In this document: positions 46,857-58,182 of the stretch, in pieces
How positions within the stretch are numbered: the first letter of the stretch is position 1
How the letters are laid out: every line of letters starts with the position of its first letter
From: Bilabrum cf. latius
Taxonomy: Eukaryota
Direction of reading: 5' to 3'
NCBI GenBank assembly: GCA_965178125.1
Contig: OZ237735.1
Coordinates: 1,488,001 to 1,552,000, forward strand
Length of the DNA stretch: 64,000 nt
The notes under the pieces: model-generated
Told to the model about the DNA's origin: nothing
What the model saw: the letters and a program-made list of their open reading frames with translations, nothing else
Databases searched by the model: none
Translations under genes and position numbers: made by a program

Positions 46857-49800
46857 TCAGTCTCGCTGCTCTTCGCTCACACTGCCATCACAGTCGCTGC
46901 TGCCAGACTTCGCGAATGCGTCACCTGTCTCTTCGCTGCTATTCGACCCACCGAGCAGGTGTGATGCAACAGCAGCAGCAGCGTCCTTCCTGGCACTTTC
47001 CTTTTCCGCCGCGAGTCGCACGGCCGGAGGCACCTCCACGTACCACTCGTGCAGGCGGCGGCAGAGGAGGAGGTACCTGTCCGGCATGTGGTCTGGAATG
47101 GACCTAGACGTGGGAATGACGTCACGTAGGCACTCGGCACTAGCCGTGTCAGTTACCTGCGCTCCAACACACGGAGCAAACTGGGGCCAGGGGCCGCCTC
47201 CTCGCGGCCGCTGCTTGCGCTACTGCACACCGCCGTCTTCTTCTCGATCACTGCCACGGGCATGGCGCTCATCACCACTCTCAGCGGCACTGCATTCACC
47301 ATTGCTAGCATTGCCCGAGTTTTTCATAGCACCGGAGTAGTCCAGCCTAACCGCGATACCACTGCCTGCTAAGCTCCGAACTGGACCCGATGCAGCGGCT
47401 GCACCTGAGCCGCCAGCTGCTGACGGAGACGCCAAAGGAGAATCGCGCCTGCTTCTGCAAAACCACGCACTTGCGCCTGGCGAATTTGCTAATGGGCTAG
47501 GCACTTCTCCTGCCTTCCGAATGGCACTCCCAGGCACCAGCAAGTCGTCTGCATGGCTCGGGATGGAGCCGGTCTCGGAGACTCGCGCAGAGCCTATCTA
47601 CCTTCGAGAAGGAGTGACCTGAGCGGCTGCCGTTGCACCACCAGACGGGCCACTGGAGGGGGTCAGCTCGTCGGATGACCGATACCTCGGAATGAGTCTT
47701 GCTTTACGGATAGGAGCAGGCCTCCCGTCAGAGCCCTTGGGCTCCACGGTGTCGCTGTGTGCCGCGCTGCTTCGGCCGCTCGGCTTCCCGCCCTCAAGCG
47801 GCTCCGCGCCTGCTGCCGACCGGTCTGCAGCATCCCACCGGCTGGAATGGAATACACCAGGTGTATCGATTGGACTTTCTGCTGCCAGAGAATCCTCCCT
47901 GCCTAGTGCGCTGCTCAGTCGCCCGTTCCTCTCGTTCCTCTCTCCTGCGTGCCTTGCTGTCCCATCTGCATGGTCTGACCCGAAGGACGACACTGACTTG
48001 TACGATGCGAGAAGTTCTGCCGCCTTCCGGTGGTGCCGTTCAGTTGCGGCGCCTGGGTTAGGCGTGGTCCGGTCGAGGGTGCCCTCGTCTGCCGTCGTGA
48101 CGCTGCCCTCGTACCGCGGTACCAGCACACCGGTTTGCTGCACGCCGCCTTCCATGGCACCTTCAAGCATAGGTTCTGCAGCTGGTGCGTGAGACTCGGC
48201 GCCGATTCTCAGCTCGTGGGTGATGCTATCCGCTCTTTGCTCGGAGCTCTCACTGGCAGGAATCATGTTACCGTGCTAATCCGATGAGTTGTTTTGAGCT
48301 TGTGGGCGCGATCCTCGGCCGAATCCCCAGATCATGTCAAACATAGAAGACGTAGCGCCTCGTGTACCATTCGCAGCATCCTCTGGTGCAGTGCCGCGTT
48401 CGGTCACGGCAGGGACTGAGCTGCCATGCGTCACCACGACCGGGGCCGTTATGGCCGTCGTTCTGGTATGCCCTGCAGCTCCCGCCGTCCCGTCGGACTC
48501 CATGGTTGTCGAGGACCGGGAAGATAGAGCGGAAGACTGGTCATCTCTGTTCATGGAGATTCCGAGCGATGGGAACCCCCACTGCCAGGACGATTGGCCG
48601 ACTCTCACAGCCGAAGCATCCCCGTGCCCTGCCACGGTGTTGCTGGAGCGGTTTCTGCGAAGGCCATCCAAAGATGCCCCCGGCAGAGGAGCAGCAGCAG
48701 TCCCTGCTTGCGCCCGAGTGTCTGCGGCAGATGAGAAGCTGACCATGGCAAGCAGCCTAGATCCCAAGGATGGCTGCGTGTCTGACCTGCCCCTCGCCGC
48801 GCTCCCGATGCCCCCAACGCCCTAGTCATCCAGCTCAAGGTAGGCCTCGCGCTCCTCCAGCGGCATGCCCAGGTTGCTGCCGACAGACTCTGAGGCTACT
48901 GGTGCTGCTTCGCCTGCGGTAGCAAGGTGCAGCTGCACTGTCCCATTCGGGGTAGTGCTGGGCAATGCAGGCTATTTACCGAGCGCACCCAGCGACGATG
49001 TTGAATGAGCACTGATGGGGCCATGCCGGGCTGTACGCTGCAAAGATAGCTCTTCCTGGTCGTCAGCTATTGGAGCGGTAGAAGCAGGGCAACTGTTGGG
49101 TTGGACCACCACGTCATTGCCACGAGCTGGACGCTAGCTCTCCTTGCCATTGGATGCCGCTCCATCAACCGCCGACCCAACATGTGCTACCGGTGAGACC
49201 CAAGCGATTCGGCGCCTGGCAGGTGAACGAGTCACGTGGGTCCTGCCTCGGATAGATGCCCTTCTCCTTCCGGTAGCGATTCCTTTTGGAGACGCCCTCT
49301 CCAAGCTCTGCACCGAGTCCATGGATTGGGTCCTTCGCAGCTTGCCCACCCTTCTGTTGATGGGCTCCTGTTTGTGCTGCCGCCGCGACGTCACGAGCTG
49401 GGGCGAGGGGCGAGGCAGCCCTGATGCCTCACGCGATTGAGCGGACTGGTCAATGGATGCAAGGGATGGAACTTGCGGAGGGCTAGGTCGGTCTTGATCA
49501 GCAGCCGCCGTTGCCTCGCTTGCGCTCGATTGGCTGCCATCCATGGAAGCTGCTGGGCGACCAACTCTTCCCGCGTCCTTCGAAATGGCAGCGGCTGGAG
49601 CAGGCTAGCTGCAGACAGAGGAGCCATCAGATTTAACCTGATCCTCGTGACTGCAATCATCGTCAAACTCCATGCCTGCGCCGCCTTCCGAATCTCCTCG
49701 GCTTTCGACGTCCACGCCTCGTTCAATCGCTCCCAGCTCGTCCACAAGGCGAGCCATTCGCAGGCTGGAGTTCCTGACATCGAAGCCGCGGTCAGAGCTG

Positions 49801-52800
49801 CTGTCGCTCTGGCTTGCCGTCTTCCTACTGCTGCTGTCGCCGCTGCTAGTTGCACTGCCGGGCAGTCTCGTACGTCTCCGCCTGGGCTAGCCTTGGCTAC
49901 CTGCTTGGCTACGGCCTCTCAGCGAGCCTCGATCCCCGCGAGTCCCCGGGTCAGACTGCGTCCGCTCAGTGCTTGCATCACCCCCGTTCATATCTAGCAG
50001 GGATTGCTCGTCTTCCGACGTGTGCTCGGCATGTTTGACAGGAGCCCCAACCGGAATGACCTGCCTCCTACCACCAATCCATGTGAGGGGGGCAGAGACC
50101 GTAGACGCCACATTGGTTGCCAGCCCGCCGACTACCCTTGCAGTTCCTGCCACCGCCCTGGTAATGAGCCATGGCCTAGTTCCCTCCGCTGAAGCAGTCA
50201 AAGCGTCCTTCCGTGGCGGTTCTGACTCGCCCTTGTCGTCGTACCTCCCACTTAGAGCTGGTACCGCGGCTGGCACTGGCAGGGGTCCCGAGCCGGCCGC
50301 AGCACCGGCTTCCGAATTGGTCCCCGAAGATGGATCTACTCTACGTGAAGCACGCACGCGTGCGGGCTGATCTGCATCTGCACCAGGCCATTCGGACCCG
50401 AATGCTCGCTTGGCAGAGGCCGAGGTGCATGGCGGCGGCGTCCTCAACAGATAAATCTGCCCAGGCTAGAACATCCTGTCGTGTTCCCCCTGCACCTCAC
50501 TAAGCACCGCGCGAAGCGCTGCTTCTACCTGCGGGGAGGTTTCGCCGGGCTCCAATTGATCCGATTGCTCCGCTGCGCCAGCCCCAGAGGCTGGACCGGA
50601 CTACACTGGCCCTACCGAAGATGCAGTCGCTTCTGTTGCGGCGTCTTCTTGGGCGTCCTCCGACGAAGGGACAGCGATGGAAGTATCGCCAAGCCCGACT
50701 GCCCCACGGCTCTCCCCTTCCGCCACGGAGTTTGCTGCGCTCGTCAGCCGCAGCTCAATCGGGGCCTCCTGCTGGTCCGATGACAGGGGCACATGGCCTG
50801 GAGTGGGGCCGAGCAGGTCGCTTCCCGGCCGAGCAGAGTGGCTAGCAACGGAAAGACTCGGACTGTCGGGCGCTTGCTACCCTATGGACTTGGTCCGCTC
50901 CCGCAGTCGGCTGACTGTGCGGTGCATCGACCTCGCGGTGACGATCCCCGAGTCGTGCTTCTTGTACGCGTTGGGTGGAGGAGACTGCACCGAACCGAAC
51001 GCCCCGGATGTAGCGGCACTAGCCCTATCCGGGTCTTCTTCCACATCAGCAGAGCCGATGGCAGCTCCTGGCTTGCCGCCCTCCTAGAGTTTGCCAGCGG
51101 CTCGTGACCCTGCACCGCGCTGCTCCCCTCCCATAAGCTCGGCATCGGCCTGTCCAGCAGCCCCAGCAGCACTGTACTTGGTCTTCTTATCATCATCGCT
51201 CTCTTTCCCACCCTCTTCTTTCAAGAGCTCTTCGATGAAGCCAGGTTCCGCATCGCACACCTTGCCCAGCAGCTGCAGCAGCTCGCGCACTGTGAGCAGG
51301 CTCAGCCTGGGCACGGCGTCGTCCTCGTGCACCACGCAATGGATGCACTCGTTTGCCTCTTTGCTCACGGCGGAGAGGGGTGCAAACACTGGCGGCGGGC
51401 CAAAGGCGAAGCAGCTCACATCAACGCCCGCAAACGGCACCAAGTCTCGGTTGATGTTTGCATCGGCCAGCATGCTGGCTCGATGATCGAGGAGAAGCAT
51501 CGTGAACAGAACAGCCACGCCCCCACCAAGGCTGTGCCCTGTTACTGCAAGCCCATAGCCTGGGTACACATCTCGCAGCCAGAAATCGAGTGCCAGAGAC
51601 CCCTGTTCCTGGAGCACCTCCATGGTCTTGCGAATCAAGTCGTCATCCAGCGGGGACGGCCCTGTCTCGTCGTCCTGTGCACCGCTCGAAGCGCCCTCTG
51701 CCGATCCTCCTTTGTCCTAACCGCTGGATCCCTTGCTGGAATCGCTACTCTATGGTGGAGGCGTACTTGACTTGACGTGTTCTCCCGCACCACCGCCGCC
51801 CGCAGCCGACGGGACTGGTCCCCTGAGCGCACTCTGGTACAAGGCGTGCGCAGACGTGGCCATGCCCTCGTGCGCCTCACCTTTGAGGAACGGAAGATGT
51901 GCTGCCGTGAGATCCGTAACCAAGTCAGTCATTGACATGGTGCCTCGCACCGCGAGCACGAGCCTCTTCCTCGCGTGGTCGGCTAGCAGCATGTGCTTGG
52001 GCAGGGTGTAGGGGTTGAGGGCCCCGCCCCCTTCCGCGATGCGCGATGATTCGCGGGCGTGCCAGTCCACGACGTGCTGGTAGGCCTCTGTGCTGGAAGA
52101 TTTGTCGGCGCCATCCCCGCCTGTTTTGCCCCCGTGGCCAAGACCGCCTATCGTAGAGACCGCAGAGGACACTGCCGACCCGAATCCTGCCACCGCAGTA
52201 GCCAGGCCCCGGATCGTGCGGCCCACCGTGCTCTTCCACTCCCCGTGCAAGTAGAGAACGTCGGAAGAGCTGGGAAGACCCAGCTGCGAGGAGACCGTGT
52301 GCCTGTCTCCCATGGCAGCGTGCGCCATCGTGTGCAAGAAGTGCCCGGCCCTGGTGGCCATCGAGAACAGGCTGCTGTGGTCTCCCCGCAGGGATGGCAG
52401 AGAACCCGAGGCGGACTTGGCCGGCAGCGTCTCGGCGCCTTCCTGGGCTGATGTATCCGGCGGTGATCCCGACGGAGTCGATTGGGTTGTGGCGATGCGT
52501 TCGTCCTCGCCGGCAGCGGCTATACTATGGTCCGAGCTCGGGCCTGCCTGAGAGGTCTCGCTGAGACCCCGGGCTAGCTGAGACGGAACGTCCATTTCTG
52601 TTGCTGCAGCTTCCATATTAAAAGAATGAAAGAATATGGCACCCTACCATCCATATGTTGCCATGCAGCATCTCATCAGTGGCAGCGCATCTCGAGCAAA
52701 ATCTCGCATCTCGGCGCCTCGCATGCGACGCATCCCGGCCCCGTCAAACCAATCGTGGCTCGAAAGAACATCAAATGTGAGATCAATATCGTCGTGTTCA

Positions 52801-53054
52801 GACTGTGACAATATCAATTCATGCTCTCTGGCCGCACCAACAATCCTCACTGATGCCTTTTCGATGTCCTTCAGTTCAGCTACACGAACAGCATCATTGT
52901 GCCGCACAAGTCGCAGTAAAGCCGCAAGCAGCGACGAGAGAGAATGCCCACCGGCATCCCGTCCCGCAATTGGCAGGAGTCGCTATTCGACAGTGTCGAG
53001 CGCACTCTAATGGGATTCAGGTAGCAACCTGCGAAGAACAGCCTGCAGCGCCAT
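46857..53054 (-). CDS. Class 3 lipase (DAG-lipase-like) with very long low-complexity insertions, ~2,065 aa, 17 internal TAG
   Basis: CMATYGW*G; DHARKRLVLAVRGTMSMTDLVTDL; AHEGM; VTGHSLGGG; FAFGPPP; HEDDAVPRLS; RMF*PGQIY; C-terminal IPDHMPDRY. One frame from ATG 53054 to TGA 46857. Confidence 0.82.
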
Positions 53055-53335
53055 GCCTTGTCAGGCAATGAATGGGACTTAAACAGTGCAGCCAATCAGA
53101 CAGCAACCATCACTTGCAAGATTTGATTACGATGCTTGCAGTTATGGCCTGCCGAAGTTGCCCAGTTGCACTTGTTGGTTCCGCTGCGTGCTTAGCCGTG
53201 ATGCGCGGCGCCCAACGCTTCCAGGTCGAGGCCAGGCAAAAACAGGATCTAATGCAGCACTCGGCTTGCGTTTGAGTCTTGCAGTTGATTTTGCGCAATA
53301 ACTGCTGTGATACCGTTGGCCTTCGGGCAGGAAAG

Positions 53336-56300
53336 ATGTCAAGTGCGATCGGTGTGGCCGTTGTGGTTGCCGTGGTGTTGCTGCCTTCAGAGGCGCGAGA
53401 ACCGCTCAATGTTGCTTCGAGGTGCTTCAGTGGTACTTTTCGAAACCTGAATAGCAGAGTACTTCCGTTCGTGGAAGGTTGTCCTGGCTATAGCGTTGTT
53501 CCGGCAGGATTCGTTGGTACGGCTACCGGTCCGAAACCGTGTCCAGCTGGGCTATTTCAAGATCAACCAGGTCAGAGCGAGTGCCAAGTTTGCCCAGCAG
53601 GTTCATACTGCCCACTCCGAGTACCAGCTGACGGGACACCCATGGACCTACACCGGCACTTGACCGAGCGCCAGGTCCAGCAAGTGTCAGGCACCAAGCC
53701 CGCATCCTTAGGGGGGTTCGCTCGGCAAGGCGCCATTGAGCCAACAAGGTGCTCTGGGCGACAGGTCTATTGCCCAGAGGGCTCTGCAGCTCCTGTTAAG
53801 GTCTGCTCGGGCTTCTACGCGGTGGGCGGCGATCCGAGCGGGGGCGCAACCTCGGAGCAGCCATGCCCGCTGGGCACGTACTGCGATGGCTCAGCCAGTG
53901 CCAGTGGGGGCGGCAAGCCGGAGCTGTGCCCGGCAGGCAGAGCGGGTACTCGCACGGGTCTATCATCGGCGATGGAATGCGAGCTGTGCGAGGCAGGGCA
54001 CTACTGCCCCGCAGGCAGCAGCTCAACCACCCAGCGAACCTGCCAGCCTGCACTGCACGGTGGTGAGGCAGCGCAGCTCGCAGCGGGTGGGCAGCAAACC
54101 GTAGGGTCCACTGCAGGTGCCACCGGCAGGGCCCTACTGTTCCCTGAGAGCAGGGAACAATCCATGGAGGCAGCAACGGCGGGACTCGCTCCAACCGACC
54201 GTACCGCGGCGGCCCTTCAAGCAGCCAGGACTGGCTCTGCGGCGCCCTCCGCCGCGCTGTACTGCCCGCCGGGATCGGCAAAACCACGCCTAGCATCTCA
54301 GCTTGCGGGTCCTTCGGGCGGCGCGCAGTACACGGCGACCGATTCGACCAAGATGGGAAACGCGGTCGATCTTGCTTACCTGGCTGCGCAGGTTCATGCG
54401 GCTCCCGCGGTTGGCAACGAAGCCTAGCAGAAAGCAACACAGGACGAGTCTTTGAACTCCCTTGACGTCCGCTCGGTTGCCTCGATTTGCCCACCAGGAC
54501 ACTACTGCGCGGCCGGCATGCGCCTGCCGTGCCCGCCAGGCCGCTACGGCAGCAAAGGGGGCCAGACGGACCCGCTGTGCGAGGGCCTGTGCCAGCCAGG
54601 GTACTTTTGTCCCGCTGGATCTTCGTCTCCCAGGGAACAACGATGTGGTGACCGCACGGTGTACTGCCCTGCCGGCAGCGCTGAGCCTCTGCGGGTGCCC
54701 GCTGGCCATTTCGGCGTCAGCAGCGTGGGGGCTGACAGGCAGCACGGCACTGTGCCCTGTCCCGCTGGCCACTACTGCGAAACCGGGACGCCCGCGCCGG
54801 TTGCGTGCTCTCCTGGCACGTACAGTGCAGTTGTTGGCGCCGTGTCGCCGACTGTGTGCCTTCCTTGTGCCCTGGGATTCTACTGCCCAGACCCAGCCAC
54901 CACGGTCCCAGACGCCGTGCCCTGTGGAGGCCCGGGCATGTACTGCCCGCCTGGATCCACCGCGCCAAAGCAGGTGGAGCCCGGCTGGTTCACGGCTCGG
55001 GTTGTCCCCCGAGGAGACGCACCCTCCCTCACTAGCAGCAGGATCGGGCTCGTCGAATCAGACGGCACTGGTACACCTAGCCACGGCGGCTCGATCGAAG
55101 TGGACCTCGGTGTCGTGTCGAGGGCGGCGATCCAGTTTGCGGTGGATACCAGGCTGCGGCAGAGACCGGTGTCTCCGGCGGGGGCCCCCGAGCGCGCAAG
55201 CGTAGTACGCTTGGCATCTGCGTCGGAGCTCCTGTTCCCCGTCTCCGACGAGGCGGCCAGAATCGCGCTGCAGAGGGCCTTGCGTGCCGTGCCCGCTGGA
55301 CCAAGCTACCATGCCTCTGGAAGCTCTGCGGCCGCCCGAGCTAGACTGCTGGCTGCTGTCGCTGCCTCCTCCGGCGCACCGGTGTACTTGCCTGGCGCTC
55401 CGATCTACGAGGACCCGTCGGGAGGCTACATCGCGGGGAGCCCGCAGCGAGATCTGCAGGACGTGTCGCTGAGTGCCGCCTGGGTGCGCGAGCTGCCGGG
55501 CGATGCGAGAGACACTGCTTCCCCGGCGCTGTTTGCGAGCCCCTCCGGATTGGGGCCAGTGGACGTCAATGGGGATGGCACGGTGGCTGGGACAGTGGGC
55601 CTTGAAGAGGACGGTTGGACGGCGGTGATGCTCTCCGTGGCGAGCACGCTGGAGGGCACAGCCGTTCTTTCGGATTCCCCCGCCGGTGTCACGCATGGGA
55701 ATCGCGTCGAAGACGACAGGTCGCAGCTCCTGAGCTCAGGGCAGGGCACCCCGACTCGTCTCCTCGCCCTTGTTGGTGGCCCCGTGGTCTCGGAAGGTCC
55801 AGGGAGATCCGTGCGTGTTCTTGCCGCATCGGCGCTGAACGACACGTCCAGCATCCGCACGGATGCCCTGAGGTGCCCCCCCGGGTACTACTGCCCCGGT
55901 GATGGGGGGCTCTAGCCGTGTCCAGCCGGCACTTGGTCGAGTGAGTTCGGTGCCACCAGCGCGTCGACTTGTGCTCCATGCGACGCCGGCTATATCTGCC
56001 CGCACGAGGCTACGGTAACCCCTCGATTTCAGCAGTGTGGTGCTAATGATCTCTTCTCTGCTGCCGGCTCTACTTCCTGCACCCAGGTGCAGCCGGGCTA
56101 TGTGACCACTGGACCCAGCCCCGTGGCACGAACTGGCTTCGCGCCTTGTACGGCCGGCAGTTACTGCGTCCTGGGCGTGTCTCACCTATGCCCTGCTGGA
56201 AGATACGGCTTATTGTAGAACGAGAGCAGACTAGAGTGCGAGGGCGACTGCGAGGAGGGCTACTTCTGCCCCGAGGGCTCTACCAGCCCGAGGCAGCAGC

Positions 56301-58084
56301 CCTGCGGAGACGTGTCGCTGTACTGCCCGCCGGCCAGCAAGGCGCCCGCCAATGTATCTGATGGTTACTACACGATCGGGGGGCGGACACTGGAGAACGG
56401 AGGCCGCAGTGAGGCGGACCGCTCAATGCAGTGCAGCAGGCTATTCAAGGACCCGGAGGACAGCACCCTGCCGGAGCCTCAGCTCGAGTTCCTGCTGCGC
56501 GGTGGGAACCTTACTCTCGATGCGCTCCGTCTGTACGGCATGGATGCGCCCAGGAGGGATCGAGCGTGCTGGTCAAGCGCGATGGGCGACTCAGAGTCGA
56601 GGTCAGGCCAGGCACAGTGCGAGCCTGGCTCGTACTGCTTCCAGGGCAGGAGGTACGAGCTGCCGCCAGGGCGGTTTGGGGCAGCCGCGGGCGAGACGAA
56701 CCCGCTAGGTCAGGGTATTTGCAGTCCGGGCTACACTTGCGGATTTGCTAGCACCACGCCCACCGAGAGAGAGTGCGGCGACCTGACACTACTATGCCCT
56801 GCAGGTGCGGCAGTTGCCACACCCGTGTCGCCAGGGTACTACTCAGACCCCCATCAGCCACCATCTCGACGCACCCGGCAGATCATAGCAGAGGCAGGGT
56901 ACTATGCCGTTGACGCGCAGCTGTATGCGTGCCCCAAGGGGCGGTTTGGATCCGGCCGGGGCCGCACCTCGGAGTCAGCTGCCTGTCGGAACTGCGACGC
57001 AGGCTGGTACTGCCCGGACGAAGCCGGGACAGACCCGAGGGCGTTCCAGTGCGGAGGGTCTAACGTGTACTGCATCGAAGGCAGCTCGTCTCCTCTAGCG
57101 GTACCAACCGGCCACTACTCTACCGGTGGGTTCGAGGGCGAGCCGGGCTGGCCGGACAACACCACTCGGACGTGGTACGAACCGGCCATGGAGGGGCACT
57201 TTGCAAGCCAAGGTAGGCTCTTTCAGTGCCCGGCGGGCCGGTTCGGGAACAGGTCGCTTGAAACGAACCCCCTGTGCGAAGGACCTTGCGTCGCAGGGCA
57301 TTTCTGCCCTCCTGGCAGCGTGAACGCAACTGCCTTCAGGTGCGGCGAGGCCTATCTGCCTGCAGGGTACGAGCAAACCGAGGCTGACGTCCTGGGAGGC
57401 TTGGGCTCTGGACCTGCCAGCGCGGACGCTCGCAGGCTCTTCGACGCCGGTGTAGCTGGCATCCGTGCCCCCGGCAGCTCTGCCACAGGCTCAGTGTCGA
57501 GCACGCTGCTCGGACCCATCGGGGAAGCGCTAGCCGCGAGGGGCCTGGGCCAGCGTGGCGTCCCGCAAGAAGCCTCCGATGCGGTGATCCAGTGGGAGAG
57601 CACCGTGCGGGGCAAGCTGCCAAGGACCGAGTTTGAGATTCCCAGCGACGCCAGCGTTGCAGAGAGGGTCATAGTCGGCGGGCCCTCGTCCATATACTGC
57701 ACCAACGGATCCAGCCTGCCGAGGGCTGTGCCATCTGGCTACGTGTCGGTTACCAAGGGCAAGGCTGATGGGAACAACGACACTCGAGATGGGATTTCGA
57801 GGTGCCCGCCGGGCTTCTACTGCCATGGAGGTATCGTGGAGCCGTGCCCGCCTGGTACGCACGGTGGTGGGAAGGCAGGCACGGTCAAGAGGCAGTGCGC
57901 CGGGCTGTGTCCGGCGGGTTCGTACTGCCCGCTCGCATCTGCGGAGCCGATCCCATGTCCGCCAGGGCGGTACAGCAGCGGTGGCAACACGGAGTGCGCG
58001 CAATGCCCCGGAGACTCGCTGGCAGTCTCGTGCTAGACGGGCCGACATTGCTGCATGAGACCGGCACGGGGGAACACAGGTTGA
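53336..58084 (+). CDS. Secreted cysteine-rich repeat protein (CPAGxYCP / ephrin-receptor-like GCC2-GCC3 repeats), ~1,582 aa, 4 internal TAG
   Basis: Signal peptide MSSAIGVAVVVAVVLLPSEA; many CP(A/P)G(Y/H)YCP, CPAGRYG and C.G.C..GYFCP.GS....Q..CG units continue in frame across TAGs 54425, 55913, 56216, 58034. Ends SC*TGRHCC...TGA 58082-58084. Confidence 0.85.
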
Positions 58085-58182
58085 GCTGACTTGAGAGAGA
58101 GAACCATTTTTGCTGAGTGATCATATTTTACAGTTGCGAATGCAGACTTTCTGCTTGTGGGCTGCAATTAACCCCGGGATGC

